Assembly (NCBI RefSeq): GCF_006345805.1
Contig: NC_043005.1
Location: 16,802,001-16,866,000 of the forward strand
Direction of reading: 5' to 3'
Length of the DNA stretch: 64,000 nucleotides
Source: Octopus sinensis
Taxonomy: Eukaryota
How positions within the stretch are numbered: position 1 is the stretch's first letter; the number at the start of each line of letters is the position of its first letter. The notes under the pieces are model-generated. The model searched no databases and was not told the DNA's origin. It saw only the letters and a program-made list of their open reading frames with translations. The translations under genes were made by a program, and so were the position numbers. Of this stretch, positions 26,078 to 39,154 are shown in pieces.

Positions 26078-26898
26078 GAAGCTGCTTTTGAAAACGGTTG
26101 CTTTTCTACCCATATTTATTAACATTTATTCCTATACCATTGGTGTACTTTCTTAGTACTGACCTTGAAAAGCTAGGGTTTTCAGGTAAAGAAAGGGATG
26201 ATACCTGTACATATTTTACCAGGTGGTATATTAAGTTAGACATGGCAATAAGAATAATTAATGTAAGACAGCATTTTTTAATTTTTGAAGCAAATGTAAC
26301 CACCACCACGTGTTAATGACAACAAATCAAAGTATCGGCAAAAGAGACCGATAGAATAAGTACTAGGCTTACAAAGAATAAGTCCTGGGGTCGATTCACT
26401 CGACTAAAGGCGGTGCTCTAGCATGGCCGCAGTCAAATGACTGAAACACGTAAAAGAGTAAAAAAGATTATTAAGGGAAAGTGAAAAATTAATTTTATCT
26501 AAGTTGAAATGGTATTTTATATTTTTACTCAAAATATAACCAAGTTTTACATTTTCATTTAGGATTTTTTCAAAATTTATTTTTTGTTTAAATTACAAGT
26601 TATTGTTCCTCATGCTTGCTTTACACATACCTTAAACAGTGATTTGTGGAAAATAAGTCAACGTACATACATTAAAATAAACCTACATATTCTATATTTC
26701 TTTCCTGGGACTTTGACCAGTGTTTCTAGCTGAAATGTGTTAAAGAAGCTAAACATGCACGTCTTGCCTTCATCAGCAGATGATGATAGTAATCAGTAAG
26801 CATTGATGTATTAAAAACAAGACAAAACTATCAGACTTAACTAAAATCAGCTGAAAATTCAAGAAAGCTCAAATACCACCCTCCTTCTAAAGTCTCTG

Positions 26899-27322
26899 GG
26901 ATCTTTTCGGTTTGAACGGCAATTTTTTCTAGCGGTGTCATATGAAATTGTCACCCATAATTATTACCCTAGTATCGATCTATTGCATTTCAAACTGTTT
27001 TAGAGTTAGGGTTGGTTAGGGGTGGCGGGAAGGGTATCTTTTTTTCTTCGGAAATGTAAATAAACCCAATCTGTTTCTTAAACGAGGGACATATTCATAC
27101 GGCACAGAATGTTTTCACCTCAATATACGTCATTGATTGGTTGAAATTGCAGAAATTGAAGAAAAAAAAACCCCAACAAATATCTTACAAACTATAGAAT
27201 TTTCTCAATAAAGCCAAGAGAAAAAGATGTTTTATAAACACATTCTACCAGTATACGAAGTTTAAAATTTTTTAGTTCCTAGAAATTATGTTAAAAAACT
27301 GCCGTTCAAACCGAAAAGATAC
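26899..27322 (-). mobile_element. MITE family E, opposite orientation
   Basis: Same TIRs; perfect 8-bp TSD AGTCTCTG at 26891 and 27323. Confidence 0.9.
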
Positions 27323-27447
27323 AGTCTCTGTACTAGAAAGTATTCTTTCGGGATCAAATATAGCATGATCCGCTGACAAAGACTATAAATACACATTTTT
27401 CATTTACAAATTTGGATCAATGACCAAGGAAACTAAAATGAATAGAT

Positions 27448-27830
27448 CAGTGGCTGTGTGGTAAGTAGCTTGCTTACCAACCACATGGTTCCGGGTTCAG
27501 TCCCACTGCGTGGCATCTTGGGCAAGTGTCTTCTGCTATAGTTCTGGGCCGACCAATGCCTTGTGAGTGGATTTGGTAGACGGAAACTGAAAGAAGCCAG
27601 TCGTATATATGTGTTTGTGTATATGTTTGTTTGTGTGTTTGTTTGTCCCCCTACCATTGCTTGACAACCGATGCTGGTGTGTTTACATGCCCGTTACTTA
27701 GCGGTTCGGCAAAAAGCGTCCGATATAATAAGTACTGGGCTTACAAAGAATAAGTCCCGGGGGTCGATTTGCACGACTAAAGGCAGTGCTCCAGCATGGC
27801 CGCAGTCAAATGACTGAAACAAGTGAAAAA
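27448..27830 (+). mobile_element. SINE family A
   Basis: Near full-length copy retaining many CpGs. Confidence 0.9.
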
Positions 27831-28340
27831 GTATGTATGCTAATTTTCTTGTATGCTCTTGATGTCATACCGTTTAATCAATGTTGATATTACCGCTCTG
27901 GCATTTGAAAATTTTCCTATTGAGCCGTTTAACCTCTTGCTTGAAGAAATAACTTCATTATACGTACATATACGCGCACGCACATTTTCTTTTTCTGTTT
28001 TCCCCTTTCTATCTCTGCGCGATTTTCCGCTCAATAATAACGTATTGAATGGCCTCGGCCGGTCATAAATGAAAGGAAAGCCATCGGACAATTGCGAAAC
28101 AAATTAATTGTTTAAGCTAGCATTTATTATTTATATTTATGTATCTAAACAATGTTTTGATCTTAACCAGTTTCTCATTAAATACTCATGATAAATGATA
28201 CACAATACTTTTTATTCGAGTTTTCCTTAAGTACCTTTCAGAAAGGACCCCCCGATAGCAGTAGCGATGGGGTGAAGGGAGCGGTCCGAGTCGGATGATG
28301 CTTTTTTTTTTTTTTTTATGGAGGCGGCACTTTATGGTCT

Positions 28341-28717
28341 TACTCTTTTACTTGTTTCAGTCATTTGACTATGGCCTTGCTGGAGCACCGCCTTTGGTCG
28401 AGCACATCGACCCCAGGACTTATTTTTTTGGAAGCCTAGTACTTATTCTATCGGTCTCTTTTGCCGAACCGCTAAGTGACGGGGACATAAACACACTAGC
28501 ATCGGTTGTCAAGTAATGCTAGGGGGACAAACACAAACACACGTGCATATATATACATATATACGACGGGCTTCTTTCAGTTTCCGTCTACCAAATCCAC
28601 TCACAAGGCTCTGGTCGGCCTGAGACTATAGCAGAAGACACTTGTCCAAGGTGCCACGCAGTGGGACTGAACCCGGAACCATGTGGTTGGTAAGCAAGCT
28701 ACTTACCACACAGCCAC
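28341..28717 (-). mobile_element. SINE family A
   Basis: Near full-length copy retaining many CpGs. Confidence 0.9.
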
Positions 28718-28719
28718 CG

Positions 28720-29120
28720 TTATTACTTTTTCGATTAAAGTAACTTATAACATATTCGGGACGTGACATGAATAATTGCATAGGGGACCGGGTGAGGGAA
28801 GAGATTCAAAAAGTCTGCTAGCCGTTGGGACCGTCCTGGCCTTGCACTACAGTTTTTTTCGGCTATTGTAGGTTTTAACTTTGATCAGCCTTTTTGTTAC
28901 AGTTTCACGTCGGTTCCGTGCAATACTTAGTAACCTACAACTATAATTCACTGGTTACATCAGTTCAGTTGATCGAACAACTACAGTAGTCCGCTTAGAA
29001 ACCGACAGAGATCCATGTTTTAGCTTTTAACTTAGTTTTGAATGCGTGTAACCGCCTGTTGTAATCGTTTGTGTGTATCCAGTGTATGTCTGTGCTTCTA
29101 TTAATCTCCGGTTTATGTGT
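28720..29120. promoter_or_regulatory. CpG-retaining unique sequence, candidate promoter or regulatory island
   Basis: Visibly more CpG than flanking unique DNA (also true of 27840-28300). No direct transcription-start evidence. Confidence 0.3.
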
Positions 29121-29838
29121 GTGTGTGTGTGTATATAATCGCTAAGTGTGTTTGATTAGATTGGCGGCAAAGATTTTTTTTTTTTTTGTATGTGAATACC
29201 ATTGACTTCTGAAGTGCTGTGAGTTGTAAAACTGTTTTTAACCTTTTAACCGTGTGAAAATATGAAAGATTAAACTAAAGTAACATATTATGTCTGCACT
29301 GTAATATTGTGTCAGATGAATAACGAAGCTCTTAACAGGTTTACTGTTTTGATAAGGTTTTAAAATGTTTTTGCTGAATTTTTATTTTCGTTATTATCGT
29401 TTTATTCCTCTTTTCTTTTGTGATTATAATTAAAATCTTTCGTGACTGGCAGTTCTAATTGGAAATAAAGCACTGTTTCCATTAATTTTCAAAATAATTA
29501 AAAATTCTTGAGTCAAATGAATTTAGTTGCTGTTTAGCCACAGGTCAGCCCCTCATGTAGCGGATATGGTCAAAGGTGTTTCTAGTAATTTTTCCGGTAA
29601 ATTTTTATATGAACACCCGCACCATTTTCACTAAGAAAAAAATTCGGATTTTTTGTGTGGAATCAAGTACCCTGACCTCCTAATATGCTACAAATCCCTT
29701 ATTTTGGTTCGGAAAAAAGGGGGTGGGAGCGAGGGGATATATTAATAACGAACCATGTAATTCACTCTGGAAAATCTATTTTTCTAACAAGATTTTTCCT
29801 AAACACAAGATATAGTCTATACATTTAGGATGTTTTTA

Positions 29839-30156
29839 GGATCTTTTCGGTTTGAACGGCAGTTTTTAACATAATTTCTAGGTAACTAAAAAATTTTGAA
29901 CTTCGTATACTGGTAGAATGTGTTTATAAAACATCTTTTTCTTTTGGCTTTATTGAGAAAATTCTATAGTTTGTAAGATATTTGTTGTTTTTCAATTTCT
30001 GCAATTTCAACCAATCACTGACGTCTATTGAGATAAATAACATTCTGTGCCGTATGAATGTCCCTCGTTTAAGAAACAGATTGGGTTTATTTACATTTGT
30101 GAAGAAAAAAAGATACCCTTCCCCCTAACCCTAAAACAGATTGAAATGCAATAGAT
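29839..30156 (+). mobile_element. MITE family E, truncated at one end
   Basis: Left TIR and body are present; it is cut where the foldback relative starts. Confidence 0.85.
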
Positions 30157-30794
30157 GGATCTTTTCCTTTTGAACGGCAGTTTTCAACACAATTTCTAGT
30201 TAACTAAACACTTTAACTTCGTATACTGGTAGAATGTGTCAAAATAAAACATTTTTTTCTCTTGGCTTTCTTGAGAAAATTGTAATTTGTAAGTTTAACG
30301 TAGTTTAATTTTTCGAATTTTAACCAATCAATGGCCTCTATTGAGCTGCGTCTAAAACTGAGACAAAATCGTCCCTAACCCTAAATTTTAGCCTTTGTTT
30401 TTTTTTCTTAATTGTTATCCTTAAATTAATTAAACAATTAAGAAAAAAAAAACGAAAGCCAAAAACTCAGAGCAAAAACAAAACGAATAATTTTAGACAC
30501 GCGTAACCATTAAATTAATTTAACAATTAAGAAAAAAAAAACGAAAGGCTAAAATTTAGGGTTAGGGTTAGTGACAGGATGTTGTCTCAGTTTTAGACGC
30601 AGCAAATGATTTTAGCGCAATAGAGGCCATCGATTGGTTAAAATTCGAAAAATTAAACTACGTTAAACTTACAAATTACAATTTTCTCAAGAAAGCCAAG
30701 AGAAAAAAATGTTTTATTTTGACACATTCTACCAGTATACGAAGTTTAAAAGTGTTTAGTTAACTAGAAATTGCGTTCAAAAGGGAAAAATCCC
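30157..30794. mobile_element. Foldback relative of family E with ~260-bp inverted arms
   Basis: 30157-30416 is the reverse complement of about 30521-30794; starts GGATCTTTTCCTTTTGAACG. Confidence 0.85.
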
Positions 30795-32285
30795 ACAAAC
30801 GGGTTTTTCTCGACAGGTTCTGCCCTACCAAATTTACTCAAAAGGCTATATTATATGTGCCAGACTTGAGCTATATATATATTAGATATATTTAAGTCCA
30901 CCCAGGTGGACTTAAACTCAAAGCCATGCACTTGCAAAGCAAACTACTTGACTACAACACAGTATTATTACAAACACGACTGACCTTATCTTTTGTCATT
31001 CTGGCATCGTGTTACATGTCAATATTAGGAATATTTATTTATGGCGAATATAAAAGTTGGAAGAAAAAAAAAAAAAAAAAACGAATTTAAATAAAGAGTA
31101 AATCCAAGTGTGACTAACCTGAATTTTCTATTCAATGGATTTTTAATGTGACATGTCTAGCTGGGAAGTAATATTCTCATGTATTGTTACTTTTACCATA
31201 AACAGCTAACAGAAATATATTCTAAGTCACATACATATACAACCTTTTTTTTTTTAAATAAAAGAAATGTTTTAATTGTCCGAACAACAATATTCTATGC
31301 TAAATTAGGTCTCTTTGCTCCACTGAGTTGTGATTTACATTTCTAAGTTGGAACCATTTGCGAGCTTTATTTTTTTTTCTTCAAAAAGTCAAACACTTGT
31401 GTGTGTGTGTGTTGTGGGGAAAGTGGAGTAGGGTTCCTTTCTGCTAGTCATACAAACAATATGGTTTATTCCTTCCCAGCCTAGACAAACAAACACTTTT
31501 CTTCTTTGACCTAAATTATTATTACTATTATTTAATTTCTATTTACCTTGTGCATTGAAATCCTGTAGATGTTGACTTTGTCCCCTCCACTCTCCCATAA
31601 AATAGGACAGGTAAACAGTTCAATTAACAGTACTCCCTCCTTTACAAATTTGTATTTTGTGATCTCATTATTTATTATTATTAAAGGCGACAAGCTGGCT
31701 GAATCAGTAACATCCTGGACAAAATTCTTTGTGGCATTTCGGCCATCTTTACATTCTGAGTTCAAATTCCATTGAGGTTGATTATGTTTTCATCCTTTCT
31801 GGGTTGATGTCATAAGTGCCAGTCAAGTCTTAGGGTTGATGTAATCCTGAAATTTCAGGTTTTGTACCTATATTAGAAAGGATTATTATTATTAGTTTTT
31901 GCTGTACTGTCTTCTGCCTTATGAAATACGTGTGGTTAGGGAGCTTGCTTCCTAGCTACATGGTTTCGGGTTCAGTCCCACTGCGTGGCACTTTGGGCTT
32001 GTGTCTTCTACTATAGCCCCAAGTCGACCGAAGCTTTGTGATTGAATTCGGTAGGCGGAAGTTACTGCCATGTGTGTATGTGTGCGTATAGCTGCTCAGT
32101 GCCTCTCCGAAAGAGAGAGAGAAGGATTGTCGATGTAAGAAACCTGGATTCTATGGAGTTCTGTGCAATATGCATGAATATAAAGCATTCAATAGGTTTC
32201 CCCATAATTGTTGCTTGGGGGACTGTCCTCTGTGCAGTCAGTTTCAGTTCTGTGTCCACAAGTTTAATGTCTAGTGGCATCTACA

Positions 32286-32888
32286 CTTCAATGTCATGGT
32301 GGTCAGATTGAATTGCTCCCTGTTATTTAAAACCATGTCCAGTCTAGCAAGGATGTCCACTTTCCTATTTCTGCAGCAATAGCTCAAGACTTAGTAGATA
32401 CAAAAAAAATGAGTGGACATCCTTGCTAGACTGGACATGATTTTTAAATAACAGGGGAGACAATTTAATCTGACCACCAAGACATCGAAGCTGTCACATT
32501 TGCATATTCCACTGGGATATAGATAGGATTTGTCTACTTGTGACTTCATGGTCAATCCACATTACTCCAGACTAGGACATAGAAGTATCCATGTTAAAAT
32601 GTGATCAATGTCACTTTTAATGGGGTGGTTGGTGTTAGGAAGGGCATCTAGCTGCAAAACCATGCCAAAACACACAGTAGCCTGGAGTAGTCTTCTACCT
32701 GCTGGTTCCTTCAAACAATCCAACCCATGCCAGCATGGAAGCCAGATGTTAAATAACGAGATGATATACACTTGAGAAATCGGGAAACTGGCCCCTAAAC
32801 ATCTTATGGAGTAATGTGGATTGACCATGAAGTCACAAGTAGACAAATCCTATCTATATCCCAGTGGGATATGCAAATGTGACAGCTA
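32286..32888. repeat. Two abutting inverted repeats (arms about 75 and 80 bp)
   Basis: 32286-32361 pairs with 32413-32490; 32489-32569 pairs with 32808-32888. Confidence 0.85.
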
Positions 32889-33829
32889 GAATGGGGGGAG
32901 AGGGCAGCACCAGCACTCAGTTAGTACTTATTTTAGTGAAGTAGACTAGAGCTATATGAAAATGGTGAAGTAACTTGCTCAAGGACACATGCAACCTGGT
33001 TTAGGAATGAAACTCACAACCTTTTTATCATGAGCTCAATACCCACTATCTATCACACAGTGATTTCACAAATCTTTAATTAAAACATTACACGAGCAAA
33101 CTACTTTTGTTCTGAGTTCAAATCCTTGATCTTCATTCTTTTTTACCATTTTTTTCCTTCCCATTTTTTTTGGGTATTAATCCATGAGAGTTTCTGTTTA
33201 GCAAAGCTGGCATTTAAACTGTCACTTCCTTAGTTGGGAAACAGTTTTTGTTCTTTGCTATGACATGTTCAAAGCTGTTTCACTAATTATTTTGTATTTG
33301 TGTATATGTATTTATTTTATATTCATTCAGTTTTAAAATAACGATTCTTTAATGTATAAACTATAGTTTTTCGCTGTAGCATTTTTTAATCTTTTTTCTT
33401 TTTTCTTTTTTTTTTAAACATTTCCCCCTCCCGCTCTTTCCGTAAACCATTTGTGTGATGGCCCTTTGTAAATGTGAACATTTATTCCCATTTGTATTGT
33501 TGTAGCCAATATAGAAATTCTCAAACTGCTAAATATCAGTGCACCCCACCCTCACCCCTTTCTTGAAACTTTTTCTTTTAATGAGAAGGCGGTCTGTGTC
33601 CCTATAATTAATTTTCCCTCACCATTGGGGTTGGATAAATTTAGAAGTTTAAACATAGCAATTTGTCATTACACCCTCACAGCCTCACTCAGCACCTCTA
33701 CCCCAACCTCTATTTGTGAGAAACATAGAGCTTGTGGATTTACTGCTAAAATGTGTGGCATGGGAGCTTCTATGCAATTGCTCAACTTGCAGAAAACAGC
33801 AGTCAAATTTTCTTCAAATTCTATATTAA

Positions 33830-34051
33830 CCCTTTAGCAATTAAACCGGCCATATCCGGCCAAAAGTATTCTGCCTATTTTATGCTCAAACTGGCCAGAT
33901 CTGGTCTCTCATACCAGCCCTACAATATCGTTTTGAAAATTAACAGCTGCCTCATCAAAATCTCATAGCACCAAGATAATGCCTGATTAGTTCATGGCAA
34001 TGTGGATAAAAAAAGGATTAATTTGGGCAGAATAATGTGAACACTAAAGGG
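33830..34051. mobile_element. piggyBac-like MITE (family F)
   Basis: TTAA|CCCTTTAG ... CTAAAGGG|TTAA. Confidence 0.85.
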
Positions 34052-34689
34052 TTAAGGAAAGGATGCACTGGATAATGTAGTCCCAAATACTTGTAAATAT
34101 GATGGAATGGTCATGGCTGGAATGTCTTGATGTTGTTTTTTTTTATCAGGGTTGACTTTTAAGGTTAAGCAATAACTTCCAAAGCACCTGACTGAAAAGC
34201 AAGAGTGGAATGGGTTAAAATAGCACACACACGGCTTTACTTGTTGGCTACCAAATCCATTCACAAGGCTTTGGTCAACTTAGGGCTATAGCAGACAGTT
34301 GCCCAAAATGTGATGCAGTGGAATTGAACTCCAAACTGAGTGACTGTGAAGTGAACTTCCTAACTACACAACCATACCCGTGCCTTCTGTTTCATTTTAA
34401 TTTGTAGAACTTAGAAACTATCACTCCAAGTTCCTATTTGCAACACTCTTTTTCTTAATTAATTCTGTCTCACTTGGAGGCCCAGCATCACACCCCAGTG
34501 TATCACTGATCAGTTATATATTCTGTCCAACACTTCTTTGCCTAACTGGATACAGAGAATTATACTCTATGACAAAAAAAACTGGTTATCTTTAACCCTT
34601 TGCAGACGGTAAGAGGTACTGACTACATTGAAACATTGCGTGCGCAGTGTGATGTCTTGCTCTGTGCAGCACTGTGTTCTCAAATCTCC

Positions 34690-35330
34690 CAGCCAGGCAT
34701 TCCAGCAGTAAACCTTCGGTACATTCCAGCAAGATTTCCTTCAGAATTTTGGAACATACATCAATGATTGTGGCCGTTGCCAGCTTCGCCTGGCCCCCGT
34801 GCCGGTGGCACATAAAAAGCACCATCCATCCGTGGCCGTTTGCCAGCTCCGTCCGGCACCTGTGCGGGTGGCACGTAAAAAGCACCCACTACACTCACGG
34901 AGTGGTTGGCATTAGGAAGGGCATCCAGCTGTAGAAACATTGCCAGATCAGACTGGGCCTGATGCAGTCTTCTGGCTTCACAGACCCCAGTTGAACCGTC
35001 CAACCCATGCCAGCATGGAAAGCGGACGCTAAATGATGATGATCAAGCTATCATGAATGATTATCCAAGAACCAACAACCTATGTGAAGGCTGGAACAAA
35101 AAATTTTATCTTGTTGGCCACCCATCTTTCTGGAAACTTATTTGAATGATTCAGAAGGAAAAGGCTGTTGTGAATGCAGTGATAGCAAGGGGACTCAGTC
35201 GGTGAACCACCAAGGAAGAAAACAAAGTATGTGTTAGACTAAAGAATTTATGTAAAGACTACACAGAAGGAAGGAAAAAACCTTGATCAAGTGTTATGTG
35301 GACTTGGTTACAACATAAGATTCTAGTTAT
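34690..35330 (+). pseudogene. Mutator-like (MULE) transposase C-terminal remnant, split by a retroposon
   Basis: Removing 34765-35046 restores PARFPSEFWNIHQ-AIMNDYPRTNNLCEGWN...HPSFWKLI, the WN...PRTNN..EGWN...HP..W motif of MULE transposases. Confidence 0.75.
34765..35041 (+). mobile_element. Retroposon family D
   Basis: (ATG)n tail; ATCAA duplicated at 34760 and 35042. Confidence 0.85.
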
Positions 35331-35377
35331 TAAATTCTCTTTTTGAAGGTTAATAAAAAACAGTGTTCTCATGTTTA

Positions 35378-35618
35378 AACATGAGACAATTTCATCTCAA
35401 TCGAAGGAGAGGGGGCTTTCTCCGTCCGGGTTGCGGATCCGTGGAATAAGCTGCCGGACGAAATAGTGAAGATGCTGACGACCGCTTGGTTCAAAGTCTC
35501 TCTTGACCAAAAATGGCCTGAACTCTTTGTATGACCACCCTCCCTGTACATAACTCCCTGTCCCCTACATGGCCTTGCTTTTGCTTTTTGAGCCAATAAA
35601 AATTGAATTGAATTGAAA
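35378..35618 (+). mobile_element. 5'-truncated CR1-like LINE 3' end
   Basis: Encodes MRQFHLNRRRGAFSVRVADPWNKLPDEIVK...FKVSLD (CR1 ORF2 FS.RV...WN.LP motif), then a short UTR, AATAAA and an (AATTG)n tail. Confidence 0.85.
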
Positions 35619-36020
35619 TACATTTGATTTTCATAAATTTTAAACGTATAAATCTATATATTAAGAAATGGAGGTTACACAGGTATATGATATATTATGA
35701 AAACAGATTTTATTCAAAACCAGTTTTTAAATTAGACCTACTTTATTCTACTTCTTTTACCAATAGTGTATCTCTCAATAAACTTATTGTGCCGTTTTTT
35801 ACCTGCGTCACTATTACCATTCACCTGTGGTGGGATATAGAAGCGCAGTTTCTCTTTGTCTGAAGGAAAAAGTTGGTATGCTAAATCTCGGGCCCTCCTG
35901 TTACCATTTCTGGTAATGCCTGGTAGCCACAAACTGAAGAAGCTGCAGTAGTAGTAGATTGATCACATAATCATTGTGCAAACATGATTTCTGTTCATGT
36001 CTAGTTTATCTTGAATCTAA

Positions 36021-36379
36021 TCTTTATATATAAACGTGAGGTTGTGTGCTGTCTGTCCCCTACGATTTAGATTCCTAACTACTCCCACATTTATAGTCGT
36101 GATTCATATCGAGCCCTTCTGGGTATTAGCGCGCGTCTATGATGAGTCTACGATTTAAAAAAAAATTTACCATCAATTTTTCACATTTTTAATGCATTTT
36201 TGGCATATATAAGGGAAGTAACTCTCTAAAAATTAAATCTCAGAACGTAAAAAAGCTACAGTAACACACCCCCCTTTGTGGTTAGCCATATTGAGATGGC
36301 TATTATACTTTACATCTCTAAAAATGCTTATATAGTTATTTCCCTTACAAACCCAAGCAACGCCGGGCGATACTGCTAG
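36021..36379 (+). mobile_element. Non-autonomous Helitron
   Basis: A|TCTTTATATATAAA 5' end; subterminal GC hairpin CCCAAGCAACGCCGGG followed by CTAG|T; no TSD. Confidence 0.8.
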
Positions 36380-37234
36380 TTTCAGATATAATTTGGTGAG
36401 AAATTAGAATTTAAACCTTGTTTAGCATGCACACACACATACACACAAAACAATTTTTTTTATACCTGTCTGTTTGTTCACCTGTCATGTTTTAGTTGAA
36501 AAAACCAAAAAAAAAACCCATTTCTCAAATTTCTCACACTCTAAAAAACACTCTTTATTATATCTGCTCATTTTATCTGTGTTTAAAAAGTAAACTTGTA
36601 TATTTTTGTCATACAATTGTTTGGTTAAACCAAAGATAAATTTGATTCAGCTTATTTCAGTTTTTAGAAAAAAATATTTTATTCAACACTGAGGTACTGT
36701 TGTTCATATAGATTTTATAAAGGGTGGGGAGTATCACTCAAGTAATGAGGTGTGGTATTTGCTATTGAAGTATTGGGTAGTGTGGTGGTGGTGGCTCTTC
36801 AAGTATGGGATACAAATGAGGTAAGATATAAAGTATTGTTACTTGTCCTGAGGTAATGAAGTGTGTGTTGTGTGTGTAATAAGCATTATGTTAATGTGTG
36901 TGTGTGTTTTTTGGAAGGTTGTTGGTTTACCACTATAAAGGCTTCAGCTTCACACAGCGTGTGAAATGAGTGTACCTGAATTCTGACAGTTTTAATCCTT
37001 CTCTAGATTGCCAGCAACAACCATAAATACCAGGTTCGAATTTGTTACCCATAAGTTAATTGAAATGGTTGAAATTTGGAATCATAACTAATGGTGGTTA
37101 ATTAAATGATATTCCTTCCTTGATACTTTTGTTGTTTGTCTAAATTTGAAATTTTCAATAACAAAAAAAAAAACAAAACAATTAGCAATCAGATTCATGT
37201 TTGAATCTGCCAGAATGTATAAAGAATGACTAGA

Positions 37235-37639
37235 GGATCTTTTCGGTTTGAATGGCAGTTTTTAACATAATTTCTAGGTAACTAAAAAAATTTAAACTTC
37301 GTATACTGGTAGAATGTGTTTATAAAACATCTTTTTCTCTTGGCTTTATTGAGAAAATTCTATAGTTTGTAAGATATTTGTTGTTCTTTTTCTGCAATTT
37401 CAACCAATCAAATACGTCTATTGAGGTAAAAAAAACATTCTGTTCTGTATGAATATGTCCCTCGTTTAAGAAACAGATTGGGTTTATTTACATTTGTGAA
37501 GAAAAAAAAGATACCCTTCTCCCCACCCCTAACCCTAAAACAGATTGAAATGCAATAGATTGATACTAGGGTCATAATTATGGGTGACAATTTCATATGA
37601 CACCGCTAGAAAAAACTGCCGTTCAAACCGAAAAGATCC
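37235..37639 (+). mobile_element. MITE family E
   Basis: Both TIRs present; imperfect TSD TGACTAGA/TGGATAGA. Confidence 0.88.
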
Positions 37640-38324
37640 TGGATAGATACCTTGGGTTCTTGCTGTGAATTATTAGAAATTGTTTTCATTTAAATTCTTT
37701 CAAAACATTAATTGATGGAACTTGTATATTCCCATTCTCTTACATGTAGTATCTTCTGGTTTCCTTCCTTCTCTCTTTTTTTTTTTTGGCTGTTAACAGT
37801 TCATTATAGATAGTGCTGAAAGAAAAAAGATTAGTTTATGTTCTTTTGACAAAATATAAATATAATAAAAATAGATATATAAAAAGTACAAAAGAAAAAA
37901 TTAAAGTTAATCTCAAGGAAATCTCTTGAGATCTAATCCAGGTTGAATTATTTTTTGATGTCTGTCATTTTTATTTAGGTTATGGATCTGTCTGGGTGTA
38001 GTTTCTGTAAGATAACAACACTGACTGATAAAATGGTTTAGGTGTTACATATTTTTTTCCTCTTGTTAATTCTATTTATGTCTTCAGTGCTTCTCCAGTG
38101 CTTCTCCATTACCACTTATGGCTTGCTAGAAAATTCCCTCTGTGTCTTATTTAACATAAAACGAAGGACAGTTGCTTTAGTTAATTTATTCTCAATTACT
38201 AGATAGGTTTCTTTTTTCTGAAAAACTTATTTGTCTCTAGTATTTGGTCAATTTATTGTAACATTTACATGGTTAGCCTTTCTCTTGTCTCAAGTACTAG
38301 GTCAGTTTTATTTGTCTCTCTTTT

Positions 38325-38725
38325 TACTCTTTTTACTTGTTTCAGTCATTTGACTGCGGCCTTGCTGGAGCACCGCCTTTAATCGAGCAACTCGACCCCG
38401 GGACTTATTCTTTTGTAAGCCCAGAACTTATTTTATCGGTCTCTTTTGCCGAACCGCTAAGTGACGGGGACGTAAACACACCAGCATCGGTTGTCAAGCA
38501 ATGCTAGGGGGACACACACACATACATACATATATATATATACACACACACACACACATATACGACGGGCTTCTTTCAGTTTCCCTCTACAAAATCCACT
38601 CACAAGGCTTTGGTCAACCCGAGGCTATAGTAGAAGGCACTTGCCCAAGGTGCCACGCAGTGGGACTGAACCCGGAAACATGTGGTTGGTAAACAATCTA
38701 CTTACCACACAGCCACTCCTGCGCC
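38325..38725 (-). mobile_element. SINE family A
   Basis: Full-length, low-divergence copy. Confidence 0.92.
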
Positions 38726-39154
38726 TCTATTAAATATTGAATCAACTTGCCTTGAGCCCTTGCTCAGTTCATCTCAAGCACTAGATAATGTTCCTGATCC
38801 ATCTCAGGCATCACATATATGTACAGTTTTGCTGCAACATACTTTCCTCTGATCCGTACTTTAGAGTGCATAATACATATTGCTGAGTATACTTTGTAAT
38901 GGGTTTGTTGTTCCACAATTACTTTCTCCCTTACTCTTTACTCTTTTACTTGTTTCAGTCATTTGACTGTGGCTTACTGGAGCACTACCTTTAGTCGAGC
39001 AAATCGACCCCAGGACTTATTCTTTGTAAACCTAGTACTTATTCCATCAGTCTCTTTTGCCAAACCGCTAAGTTACGGGCACGTAAATACACAAGCATTG
39101 GTTGTCAAGGGATGTTGGGGGGACAAACACAGACACAGAAACTCACACACACAC

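Noticed and set aside
26712-26782. CTGATGA...GAAACACTGGTC on the - strand
   Set aside because: Stem I does not pair and stem II does not close at the core.
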